A stretch of 64,000 nucleotides of DNA, taken from a candidate division CPR3 bacterium GWF2_35_18. Its GTDB lineage: Bacteria; Patescibacteriota; CPR3; GWF2-35-18. The stretch lies in the NCBI GenBank assembly GCA_001771135.1, contig MESW01000003.1:72719-136718 (forward strand). The letters are read 5' to 3'. Below the pieces are notes generated by a model. It did no database searches. It was given only the letters and a program-made list of their open reading frames with translations, and was not told where the DNA came from. This document shows, piece by piece, positions 50,357-58,221 of the stretch (position 1 is the first letter of the stretch; each line of letters starts with the position of its first letter). The translations under genes were made by a program, and so were the position numbers.

Positions 50357-51438
50357 ATAATTTTAAAACTCAAACCGGGATTACGTTCCAGCTCCTTTAA
50401 TTCATTTTTCCAAAATTCATCTCGTTTTGCCTTATAATAAGAAGCAATCCCAATCATAGCAGCATTATCAGTATTTAATTTTTGTAGATAAGGAAAATAA
50501 ACCGGCAAATTATAAGATTTAGCGATTTTACGAATATTTTTGCGTAACGTAAGATTCGACGTTACTCCGCCACCGCAAAATACTGAATTTGGTTTTGTTT
50601 CAACAATTGCTTTTTGAAGTTTGATAACAAGAGAATCCACGACAGCTTTTTGAAAAGATGCGCATAAATCATAGACAATTTCTTTGTTTAGAAAATCTTT
50701 ATGAGTCTTCTTCTTTAAATCACGTATTAAATACAGTGCAGCAGTTTTTAGCCCGGAAAAGCTGTAATTCAAATCACGAGATTTTTCCATTGGCCTTGGT
50801 AAAATATACTTATTTTTATCTCCTTTTTTGGCAAATTCCTCGACAATCTCTCCACCGGGATAACCTAAATCAAGCATATTAGCAAATTTATCAAAAGCCT
50901 CTCCAGCGGCATCATCAACTGTTTGTCCAATCTTTTGATAATTCCCAATTTTTTTAATCAAAATCAGTTCTGTATGTCCACCTGAAACCAGTAACCCCAA
51001 AGCCGGAAATGTGTTCTTTTGTATCTCATTTCCTTTTCCTTTAGAATTTTTGAGCAGTGGTGAAAGTAAATGTCCTTCCATATGATTAATGGCAATTAAA
51101 GGCTTTTTGTATTTTTGTGCTAATTCTTTGGCTTTATCAAGACCGATTTCCAATGCCATTGCCAAACCCGGACCACAAGTAACCCCAATTGCGTCAATGT
51201 TCTCCAATTTCATCTGAGCTCTTTTAATCGCTTCCGATATTGCTTGGTCAATATTTTCTTTATGCGCACGCTTGGCTATGGTGGGAACAACTCCTCCCCA
51301 TTTTCGATGTAGATCCACTTGAGAAGAAATTACATTGGAAAAGATCTTATCATCAACCGTAACGGCAACCGAAGTTTCATCACAAGAGGTATCTATGGCT
51401 AAAACTTTATAGTTTTTATGAATTTTTGTGTTACTCAT
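50353..51438 (-). CDS. tsaD: tRNA N6-adenosine threonylcarbamoyltransferase
   Basis: Kae1/TsaD/Gcp family. LAIDTSCDETSVA, the metal-binding HMEGH and GVTCGPG motifs. Confidence 0.9.
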   Translation of the reverse strand: MSNTKIHKNYKVLAIDTSCDETSVAVTVDDKIFSNVISSQVDLHRKWGGVVPTIAKRAHKENIDQAISEAIKRAQMKLENIDAIGVTCGPGLAMALEIGLDKAKELAQKYKKPLIAINHMEGHLLSPLLKNSKGKGNEIQKNTFPALGLLVSGGHTELILIKKIGNYQKIGQTVDDAAGEAFDKFANMLDLGYPGGEIVEEFAKKGDKNKYILPRPMEKSRDLNYSFSGLKTAALYLIRDLKKKTHKDFLNKEIVYDLCASFQKAVVDSLVIKLQKAIVETKPNSVFCGGGVTSNLTLRKNIRKIAKSYNLPVYFPYLQKLNTDNAAMIGIASYYKAKRDEFWKNELKELERNPGLSFKII

Positions 51439-51497
51439 AATTAAAGCTATTGTACAACATTACCAATAATACTACTAACAAAAGATCAATTTCTTTC

Positions 51498-51533
51498 TTG
51501 ACATTCGGGTTTTGTTTGGGTAATATTATTACC
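51498..51533 (+). promoter_or_regulatory. Sigma70-like promoter (TTGACA, 17 nt, TAATAT) with an overlapping 15-bp perfect palindrome GGTAATATTATTACC as candidate operator
   Basis: TTGACA at 51498-51503, TAATAT at 51521-51526, palindrome at 51519-51533. The gene ATG is at 51563. Confidence 0.5.
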
Positions 51534-51562
51534 ATAATCTAACTCTTAATGAAAGGTAGATC

Positions 51563-51961
51563 ATGAAAGAAACGCTTCAAACGATTAAAGTTTTATACGT
51601 AGAGTCAGAAAATGGAATTGCCGGATCCCATGAGGCTTTCGATAGATTAGAAAAACCTCTTCCGACTTTAAGGGGCCGTAAATTTTATGGTACTTATGAT
51701 TCTGAAAATGGGATCTATCGCGCCTGTGTAAAATTAGAGATTGAAACTGATAAACCTAAAGAGTGGGGTTTAAAAATCACCAACATTCCTGGTGGTAAGT
51801 ATGTCAAAGATAAAATAAAAAATTGGGTAGGAAAAGAAAACCTGATCGGAGAAGTTTTTACGAAACTTTCTAAAAGCCATAGAACAGATGAAGGAAGACC
51901 CAGCATTGAGTTTTATCGCAGTCAAAGAGAGTTAATCCTCTATCTTCCAGTTATGGATTAA
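51563..51961 (+). CDS. GyrI-like / effector-binding-domain small protein (tentative)
   Basis: 132 aa. The alpha/beta pattern and length are compatible with GyrI-like ligand-binding domains. No strong motif. Confidence 0.3.
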   Translation: MKETLQTIKVLYVESENGIAGSHEAFDRLEKPLPTLRGRKFYGTYDSENGIYRACVKLEIETDKPKEWGLKITNIPGGKYVKDKIKNWVGKENLIGEVFTKLSKSHRTDEGRPSIEFYRSQRELILYLPVMD

Positions 51962-53058
51962 CTGATTCCGAAGATGACTTTCCTAGATTGAAGGCTTAAA
52001 TGCTCAAGTTTAATATTAATTATTTTTATATTGTCCTGACGACTCAAATTGTTAATTAAATCGGATACCTTTTCACTCCATTCAATTGCTATAAGATTTT
52101 TCGGTTGAAAATATTTTTTGGATAAATAATCTCTGAGATCTTCATTTTTTGTCAAACGCCAGGTATCGATATGAATCAAAGTACTATTTTTACCATGATA
52201 TTCACGCACAATATTAAAAGTAGGAGAAACTATTTCTTCTTTTATTTCCATGGCTTTACCCATTCCTTTTGTAAATTGAGTTTTACCTGCTCCTAGTTCT
52301 CCCTGTAGAGAAACCACTACACAATAATTTTTTAACAATTTCTTTATCTCATTTTTATACAAATCTGAAGCGATTCTCTGGGTTACCTTTTTACTATCAG
52401 ATATTTCTTCCTGAATTAATTGGTTTAACTTTGATTTCAAAGCAATTTGTCCCTGTCTTAAAATTTTATAATCATTGATTGTAGTTTCAATGACAGTCGA
52501 AGGCGGGTTTTGGGGAAGTTTTCCGGCATCTAAAAATAGATCAATAATTTGAGCTTGCTTATCTGAAATATTATTAATGACATCGTTAAATGAATATGGG
52601 GTTTTTTTTGATGCTGAATTTGCGGAGGTTGCTGTAATTGGTTTTCCAAATTTTTTAATTAATGAAAGTGTTGATTCATAATTTGGAATTCGAACACCCA
52701 ATGTTCCATTTTCAGCTTCTAATCTTTGATCCACAATATGTTTCGATTCTGAAATAACGGTTAAAGGTCCAGGCAAAAAGTTCTGATATAGATTTAAAGC
52801 TTTTTCGTTTAAAATAACATATTGCTCGGCCATTTTTTGGTTCAAAACGGCAATTGAAACTGCTTTTCCTTCAGGACGTTTTTTATAAATTAATAATTTC
52901 TCTACTGCTTTAAAATTCGTAGCATCAACTCCCACACCATAACATGTTTCAGTAGGATAAATAATAAGACCTCCCTGATTTAAAATGTCGACTGCTTGTT
53001 TTTTCCAATTATAATTTTTTTGAATATTTATTATTTTCATACAATTTAATTCTAACAA
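51958..53058 (-). CDS. TsaC/YrdC-TsaE fusion protein (L-threonylcarbamoyladenylate synthase domain plus TsaE P-loop ATPase domain). The likely true start is the ATG at 53040; the track start at 53058 is TTG.
   Basis: N-terminal YPTETCYGVG (YrdC/Sua5 family) and C-terminal GELGAGKTQFTKG (TsaE/YjeE Walker A). Adjacent to tsaD. Confidence 0.75.
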   Translation of the reverse strand: MLELNCMKIINIQKNYNWKKQAVDILNQGGLIIYPTETCYGVGVDATNFKAVEKLLIYKKRPEGKAVSIAVLNQKMAEQYVILNEKALNLYQNFLPGPLTVISESKHIVDQRLEAENGTLGVRIPNYESTLSLIKKFGKPITATSANSASKKTPYSFNDVINNISDKQAQIIDLFLDAGKLPQNPPSTVIETTINDYKILRQGQIALKSKLNQLIQEEISDSKKVTQRIASDLYKNEIKKLLKNYCVVVSLQGELGAGKTQFTKGMGKAMEIKEEIVSPTFNIVREYHGKNSTLIHIDTWRLTKNEDLRDYLSKKYFQPKNLIAIEWSEKVSDLINNLSRQDNIKIINIKLEHLSLQSRKVIFGIS

Positions 53059-53078
53059 AAAAAGACCCTTTATGGGTC
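53055..53078 (-). terminator. Rho-independent terminator (minus strand) immediately 3' of the hammerhead-like element and about 15 nt upstream of the tsaC-tsaE ATG
   Basis: Hairpin GACCC-ATAAA-GGGTC followed by TTTTTTTG on the minus strand. Confidence 0.6.
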
Positions 53079-53088
53079 ATTAATATTA

Positions 53089-53147
53089 CCTCTGTTTCGG
53101 CCTGATCTTCCCAAGCCTCATCAGGTGCTATCTTCGCACTACAGAAG
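53089..53147 (-). ncRNA. Candidate type III hammerhead ribozyme (stem III open; stems I and II closed)
   Basis: Minus strand 5'-CUUCUGUA|GUGC-GAAGAUA-GCAC-CUGAUGA-GGC-UUGGGAAGAUCAG-GCC-GAA-ACAGAGG-3'. Core nucleotides C3-A9 (CUGAUGA), G12A13A14, A15.1-U16.1 and H17=A (GUA cleavage site) are all present. Stem III is 7 bp (CUUCUGU/ACAGAGG) and stem I is GUGC/GCAC. Confidence 0.55.
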
Positions 53148-53273
53148 TAAACATTATAAGTTACTACATTTAGAAATAATTGTCAAGAGATTTTCAGATT
53201 AAAGAATATCATGTTTTATAATATTTAAACAGATTTTTAGAATTATAGACGGTTTTTTGAAAAAATTGAATAT

Positions 53274-53282
53274 TGGTATAAT
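53274..53282 (+). promoter_or_regulatory. Extended -10 promoter element TGGTATAAT on the plus strand in the typA/tsaCE intergenic region. No obvious downstream plus-strand gene.
   Basis: Perfect TGnTATAAT match. Confidence 0.3.
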
Positions 53283-53584
53283 ATAGGACAATTGTCGGAC
53301 ATTTACCGCCTTTAATATGACTAATAATATCTTTTTAACTTATGTCTCAACCTCTAAAAAATGAATAAAATATTTTCACCAAACTCACAACGTTAGAGTT
53401 ATATCTCCGCAAACGACCGCATGGTTGTTTGTAGTACGGGAGAATACCCATACAACTATCTATATCAAATCTTTTTTTATGAATGGTGGTATCTCAAGAA
53501 AAAAGTTAACAATGCAAGGCCTGGTTTAAACGTAACAAACACTACTACCGTGTCCTTGCCTTTCTCTCTGTTTTTAGAGATATT

Positions 53585-55435
53585 TTAACTATTGTAATGG
53601 GATCTTTTACGCATCACATGATCCAAAATGCGTTTACGAATGCGAACATTTTTGGGGGTTACTTCAAGTAGTTCATCATCAACGATAAAATCAAGGGCTT
53701 GTTCCAAACTTAAGGATGTTGCTGGGCTTAAAATTCTTTTTACACCTTCACCTTTAGAACGATTGTTAGTTAATTTCTTTTCCTTGCAAACATTAATTTC
53801 AATATCATCCGGTCTAGGATTAATGCCTACTACCATTCCACTATAAACCTGCTCCCCTGCTCCAACAAAAAGAGTTCCCCGATCTTGAGCGTTAACAAGT
53901 CCGTAGATAATTGTTTCTCCGGATTCATAGGATACCAATGCTCCAGATCGAAGTTGAGGCAATGTCTCTCCTCTTTTTTCATATCCAATTAAATACGAGT
54001 TCAAAGTGATTGTTCCCTTTGTAGCTGTCATTAATATATTTTGTAATCCAATCATGTTTTGGCTGGAAATTTTATATACTAAATTAAACATTTCATTACG
54101 ATCTGGTTTCATGGAAAGCAGAGAACCCTTTCTTTTTCCAAATTCTTCAGTCACTGCGCCCACATATTCTTTATCTATTAGAACTGTCACTTCTTCATAA
54201 GGTTCACAGATCTCTCCCTCAATCTTCTTGAAAACCACCTGCGGTCTTGAAACCTCTAACTCATAACCTTCTCGACGCATAGTTTCTATGAGTATTGCAA
54301 GGTGTAACTCTCCACGTCCACTTACTATAAAACCATTTCCATGTTCCTCTTCTTCAATCTTCAATCCCACATTAATCTGTTTTTCATGTAAAAGACGTTC
54401 GCGAATCTGACGGGAAGTTGTAAACTGTCCTTCACGACCAGCAAAAGGACTAGTATTGGGACCAATTGTAACTTTAATTGTTGGCTCAGTTACTTCAATT
54501 GCCGGTAAAGGATCGGGGTGCTCGGCATCGGTAACTGTTTGTCCTATTTCAAGCACGTTAATTCCCGCCAAAGCAATAATATCTCCACTTTTTGCTTCTT
54601 CAACTTCTTGGCGAACTAAACCATTACTAGTATAGACTTTGGTGATATAAAAATTACCCAGATTCCCATTTTTATTAACAACAGCCACTTTCATTCCCTT
54701 TTTCATAATTCCCTGATGAATTTTTCCTATACAAAGTCTCCCTACAAAATTATCATAATCAAGGGTAGAAATCATCATCTGAAAAGGCTTATCTTCGTTA
54801 ACTGCACTGTTAGGAATTTCTTTCAAAATTGTTTCAAAAAGAGGATGCAAATCTCCCTGTGTTTCAGCACTATAATTATCCGGATTTTTAAGGAAAACCT
54901 TACCATCGCGACCTACTCCATATAAAACAGTAAAGTCTAATGATGCTTCATCGGAAGATAATTCCAAAAAGAGATTTTCCACTTCACGCAAGACCTCTTC
55001 CGCTCGAGCATCTTTTTTATCTATCTTATTAATTACAAGAATAATTTTGAGTTTAGCTTCAAGAGCTTTTTTTAAGACAAAACGGGTTTGAGGTAATGGC
55101 CCTTCAACAGCATCAACAAGAAGGAGTGCTCCACTGGCCATATTTAAAACTCGTTCCACTTCAGAACCAAAATCAGCATGCCCAGGCGTGTCAATTATGT
55201 TTATTTTATTTGATTCGTAAAAAACCGCCGTATTTTTAGCCAGAATCGTAATTCCTTTTTCACGTTCTAAATCGTTGGAATCCATGATCAAAGTTTCCTG
55301 CATCTCTTTCTGATTATCTCGGAAAGTATGGGTCTGCTTGAGCATCGCATCAACAAGTGTGGTTTTTCCATGATCAACGTGAGCGATTATCGCAACATTG
55401 TAAATATTCATATATTCTACTTTCTTTAAATACAT
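53585..55435 (-). CDS. typA: Translational GTPase TypA/BipA. The probable true start is the internal MNIYNVAIIAHVDHGKTT.
   Basis: G1 AHVDHGKTT, G3 DTPGH and G4 NKID motifs. EF-G-like domain organisation. 616 aa. Confidence 0.9.
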   Translation of the reverse strand: MYLKKVEYMNIYNVAIIAHVDHGKTTLVDAMLKQTHTFRDNQKEMQETLIMDSNDLEREKGITILAKNTAVFYESNKINIIDTPGHADFGSEVERVLNMASGALLLVDAVEGPLPQTRFVLKKALEAKLKIILVINKIDKKDARAEEVLREVENLFLELSSDEASLDFTVLYGVGRDGKVFLKNPDNYSAETQGDLHPLFETILKEIPNSAVNEDKPFQMMISTLDYDNFVGRLCIGKIHQGIMKKGMKVAVVNKNGNLGNFYITKVYTSNGLVRQEVEEAKSGDIIALAGINVLEIGQTVTDAEHPDPLPAIEVTEPTIKVTIGPNTSPFAGREGQFTTSRQIRERLLHEKQINVGLKIEEEEHGNGFIVSGRGELHLAILIETMRREGYELEVSRPQVVFKKIEGEICEPYEEVTVLIDKEYVGAVTEEFGKRKGSLLSMKPDRNEMFNLVYKISSQNMIGLQNILMTATKGTITLNSYLIGYEKRGETLPQLRSGALVSYESGETIIYGLVNAQDRGTLFVGAGEQVYSGMVVGINPRPDDIEINVCKEKKLTNNRSKGEGVKRILSPATSLSLEQALDFIVDDELLEVTPKNVRIRKRILDHVMRKRSHYNS

Positions 55436-55444
55436 TCTATCACT

Positions 55445-55479
55445 AAAAGAAAAAACTCAGCCCTTTTTTATGCTGAGTT
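55445..55479 (-). terminator. Rho-independent terminator downstream of tRNA-Lys
   Basis: On the minus strand, AACTCAGC-ataaaaaagg-GCTGAGTT followed by TTTTCTTTT. Confidence 0.5.
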
Positions 55480-55621
55480 TATATACTCAACTTCTTTAGA
55501 TTTATAAAGAATGTAATTAAGTATTACCCATATAAACAAAGTTTGTTATTTACTTCGTTCATAATAGCAGCATAATAAGTTGCAAACCGCGGTTATATGG
55601 GTATAATGAACGAGGTTTCTA

Positions 55622-55694
55622 TGAGCCGCCTGGGACTCGAACCCAGAACTTACAGCTTAAAAGGCTGTCACTCTACCGATTGAGTTAGCGGCCC
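55622..55694 (-). tRNA. tRNA-Lys (anticodon UUU), CCA not encoded
   Basis: Manual fold. Acceptor GGGCCGC/GCGGCTC, anticodon stem ACAGC/GCTGT with loop CT-TTT-AA, T-arm CTGGG-TTCGAGT-CCCAG. Confidence 0.8.
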
Positions 55695-55751
55695 AAAATG
55701 TCAATTGTTGCTAACTCCGCGGACTTTAGTCCTAAATGAGTTAGCGGCCCA
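55681..55751 (-). repeat. 15-bp perfect direct repeat TGAGTTAGCGGCCCA (55681-55695 and 55737-55751). One copy is the 5' end of tRNA-Lys. The spacer carries an inverted copy (GCTAACTC) and a nested palindrome GGACTAAAGTCC.
   Basis: Read directly from the sequence. On the minus strand it reads TGGGCCGCTAACTCA-TTTAGGACTAAAGTCC-GCGGAGTTAGC-AACAATTGACATTTT-GGGCCGCTAACTCA(tRNA). Confidence 0.5.
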
Positions 55752-55891
55752 TACACCTAAACATTACAATTCAAACCATAACAAGCCAAATTTCAACATA
55801 GCAGATTTTACAAGGTTTAAACATTTACGTCAACTAAAACTTCAAAATCATTAATTTTGTATCTCTGCACTTTTAAGATATAATTTACCCT

Positions 55892-56539
55892 ATGAGAAAA
55901 TCAAATATCAAACATATCTGCTTTGATTTAGGAGGAACTCTCGTTCGTGAAAACCCGGAATTTGTCAAAGTACATAATGAACTACGATATAAAACATATG
56001 CTAAAGTAATTAATAAACCAATAACAGATAAGTTAAAGATAGAATATGAAGAATTATATAAAAAATATGGCACAAACTCTGCTATCTTTAGCTCTTTAGA
56101 TTTACCTTCTGACTATTGGCAAAACCATTTCAATACTTTAGATCGTGACAAAGTTTATTACTATGATCCCGATATTTATAAAACGGTAGTAGCATTACAA
56201 CATTTTTTTTCTCTCTCAATTTTTACAACTATAAAAACAGAAGCCGCCTACAAAACATTAGAAATTGGAAAGTTAGATTCAAAATACTTTCAATTTATTA
56301 TTTCCGGAGATGACGTCAAACATCGTAAACCGTCATTGGAAGGATATTATAAAGTGATTGAAAAAACTCATCTAAAATCAGAGGAAATTCTCTATGTCGG
56401 AGACCGAGTAAACGCAGATATTATCCCCGCAAAGAAAACCGGAATGAAAACTTGTCTGGTATGGAAAAAATCAGTAGAAGCAGATTATTGTATTGAAAAA
56501 TTTTCCGAACTTCTCAAAATAATTAACAATCCCCTATAA
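55892..56539 (+). CDS. HAD-family hydrolase (IA)
   Basis: Motif I ICFDLGGTL and motif IV VGDRVNADI. Confidence 0.7.
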   Translation: MRKSNIKHICFDLGGTLVRENPEFVKVHNELRYKTYAKVINKPITDKLKIEYEELYKKYGTNSAIFSSLDLPSDYWQNHFNTLDRDKVYYYDPDIYKTVVALQHFFSLSIFTTIKTEAAYKTLEIGKLDSKYFQFIISGDDVKHRKPSLEGYYKVIEKTHLKSEEILYVGDRVNADIIPAKKTGMKTCLVWKKSVEADYCIEKFSELLKIINNPL

Positions 56540-56899
56540 CCACACATCAGTTAGATGCTTCAGCTCTTTGATTTGAAACTCTTTGTTTATAATAATAGAA
56601 ACCACATCAACCTGAACGTCTTCAAATTTACTTTTTAATTTTTGTTGATAACAATTTCCAGTTGCAATAATTTTTTCTAGCTTTCTCTCATCAACAGCCT
56701 CTTCTGGAAGTCCAAAATCATCCGATCTCCTAGCTTTGACCTCTACAAACACTAAAGTTTTCTTATGCTCAGCAATAATATCAATCTCTCCATACTGACT
56801 TTTATATTGACGTTCCAGAATCTTATAACCTTTTTTCTTCAGATAGTTACTGGCAATCTCTTCACCAAGATCACCCAGCTTTTGACGTTGATCAGACAT
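56534..56899 (-). CDS. YraN/UPF0102-family PD-(D/E)xK endonuclease
   Basis: GEIDIIA...LVFVEVKAR motif pattern. 121 aa. Confidence 0.75.
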   Translation of the reverse strand: MSDQRQKLGDLGEEIASNYLKKKGYKILERQYKSQYGEIDIIAEHKKTLVFVEVKARRSDDFGLPEEAVDERKLEKIIATGNCYQQKLKSKFEDVQVDVVSIIINKEFQIKELKHLTDVWL

Positions 56900-57578
56900 A
56901 GTTTTTCAAAAAACTCCTTCGATGTAATCTACACAAACCATATTTTAAAATATTTTCTAGATGCTTTTTCGTACCATAACCAACATGTGTATCAAATCCG
57001 TATACGGGAAACTCTTCATGATATTTCAGCATTAAGCGATCTCGATAAACTTTAGCTAAAATCGAAGCGGCAGCAATTGAATATGATTTTTGATCTCCCT
57101 TAATAATTGATTTTTGTGAGTTTTTATTGAATCTCGAAATCTTCTCTCTACCATCAACCAGCACAAAATTTGGTTTTACTTTTAATTTTTTAATCGCTTC
57201 TCGCATAGCTTTATGGGTAGCATTTACTATTCCCAAGCTATCAACTTCATCCGCTTCAACAAGACCAACACCGTAACTATAAACCAAAGATTGGATTTGA
57301 GGAAAAAGCTCTTCTCTTTTTTTTCGGGTTAACATTTTTGAGTCGCAAATAGTAACCTCAAACTGAATATCAGAACGAAAAACAACAGCTCCGGCCACAA
57401 CTGGACCAGCTAAAGGACCACGGCCCACTTCATCTACTCCGCAAATAAGTTTATATCCTTGTTCCCACAGTTTTTTTTCTTCGCTCCAGGTTGGAATTAC
57501 AATCATATGGTAATTGTAAATCAAAAAGAGGTTAAAAAAAAGGGCGGGAAGATTTATTAAATCTTCCCGCCCTTTCAT
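56892..57578 (-). CDS. rnhB: Ribonuclease HII
   Basis: ICGVDEVGRGPLAGPVVAGAV N-terminal motif. Confidence 0.9.
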   Translation of the reverse strand: MKGREDLINLPALFFNLFLIYNYHMIVIPTWSEEKKLWEQGYKLICGVDEVGRGPLAGPVVAGAVVFRSDIQFEVTICDSKMLTRKKREELFPQIQSLVYSYGVGLVEADEVDSLGIVNATHKAMREAIKKLKVKPNFVLVDGREKISRFNKNSQKSIIKGDQKSYSIAAASILAKVYRDRLMLKYHEEFPVYGFDTHVGYGTKKHLENILKYGLCRLHRRSFLKNYV

Positions 57579-57592
57579 TATTGTACAATAAA

Positions 57593-58141
57593 TTATTTAC
57601 TTTTTACGGTTACCGCAGCTTTCCCGATTCGATCTCTTAAATAATATAATTTAGCTCTTCTCGATTTGCTTTGTTCGACTATATCAATTTTAGTAATGTT
57701 TGGAGATTGTATTGGCCAAATTCTTTCCACTCCAACTCCACCTGCACCGATTTTTCGGACCATAAAAGTCTTACTCACTCCACGTCCTTTTTTACTAATG
57801 ATAATTCCCTGAAAACCTTGAATTCTTTCTTTATCGCCCTCTTTAACGACAGTGTAAACTTTTACCGTATCTCCAGGTCGCATCTCTTCTTTTATTTTTG
57901 CTAACTTTTCCTTAGCACTTTTTTTGTTTGCTTCTTCTCTAATTTTTTTCTCTTCTTCAGGAGAAATATCCTTTTCTACAGGTGCTTCAACTGCAACTTC
58001 TTCAGTAGGAGCCTCTTTTTCTATAGTTACATTTTCAGCTTTTTGACCATCTTTTTCATTTTTTTCTATTTCAAGAGGCTGAACCTGAATCTGATTATGC
58101 TCCGCACCTTTTTCATTTTTTTCTTTTTGATCGTCTGACAT
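57593..58141 (-). CDS. rplS: 50S ribosomal protein L19 with an about 70-aa acidic/Lys-rich N-terminal extension
   Basis: The C-terminal about 110 aa (PGDTVKVYTVVKEG...RIQGFQGIIISKKGRG...) match bL19. The N-terminal MSDDQKEKNEKGAE...EEKKIREE is low-complexity. Confidence 0.8.
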   Translation of the reverse strand: MSDDQKEKNEKGAEHNQIQVQPLEIEKNEKDGQKAENVTIEKEAPTEEVAVEAPVEKDISPEEEKKIREEANKKSAKEKLAKIKEEMRPGDTVKVYTVVKEGDKERIQGFQGIIISKKGRGVSKTFMVRKIGAGGVGVERIWPIQSPNITKIDIVEQSKSRRAKLYYLRDRIGKAAVTVKSK

Positions 58142-58221
58142 AATTTACTCCTTCACGTTTTCTAAACTAATGGATTTTAACATAAGGATTGCTTATTAAA
58201 CAAGTGGTGATTGAAAAACTC

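Noticed and set aside
53153-53186. TTGACA...TTATAAT as a canonical sigma70 promoter for the hammerhead transcript
   Set aside because: The spacer between the hexamers is 21 nt, too long for a standard promoter. Only the -10-like TTATAAT is noted.
55390-55435. typA N-terminal extension MYLKKVEY
   Set aside because: The conserved GTPase N-terminus begins at the internal Met (MNIYNVAIIAHVDHGKTT), so the upstream ATG is probably not the true start. The gene call is kept with a note.}]}
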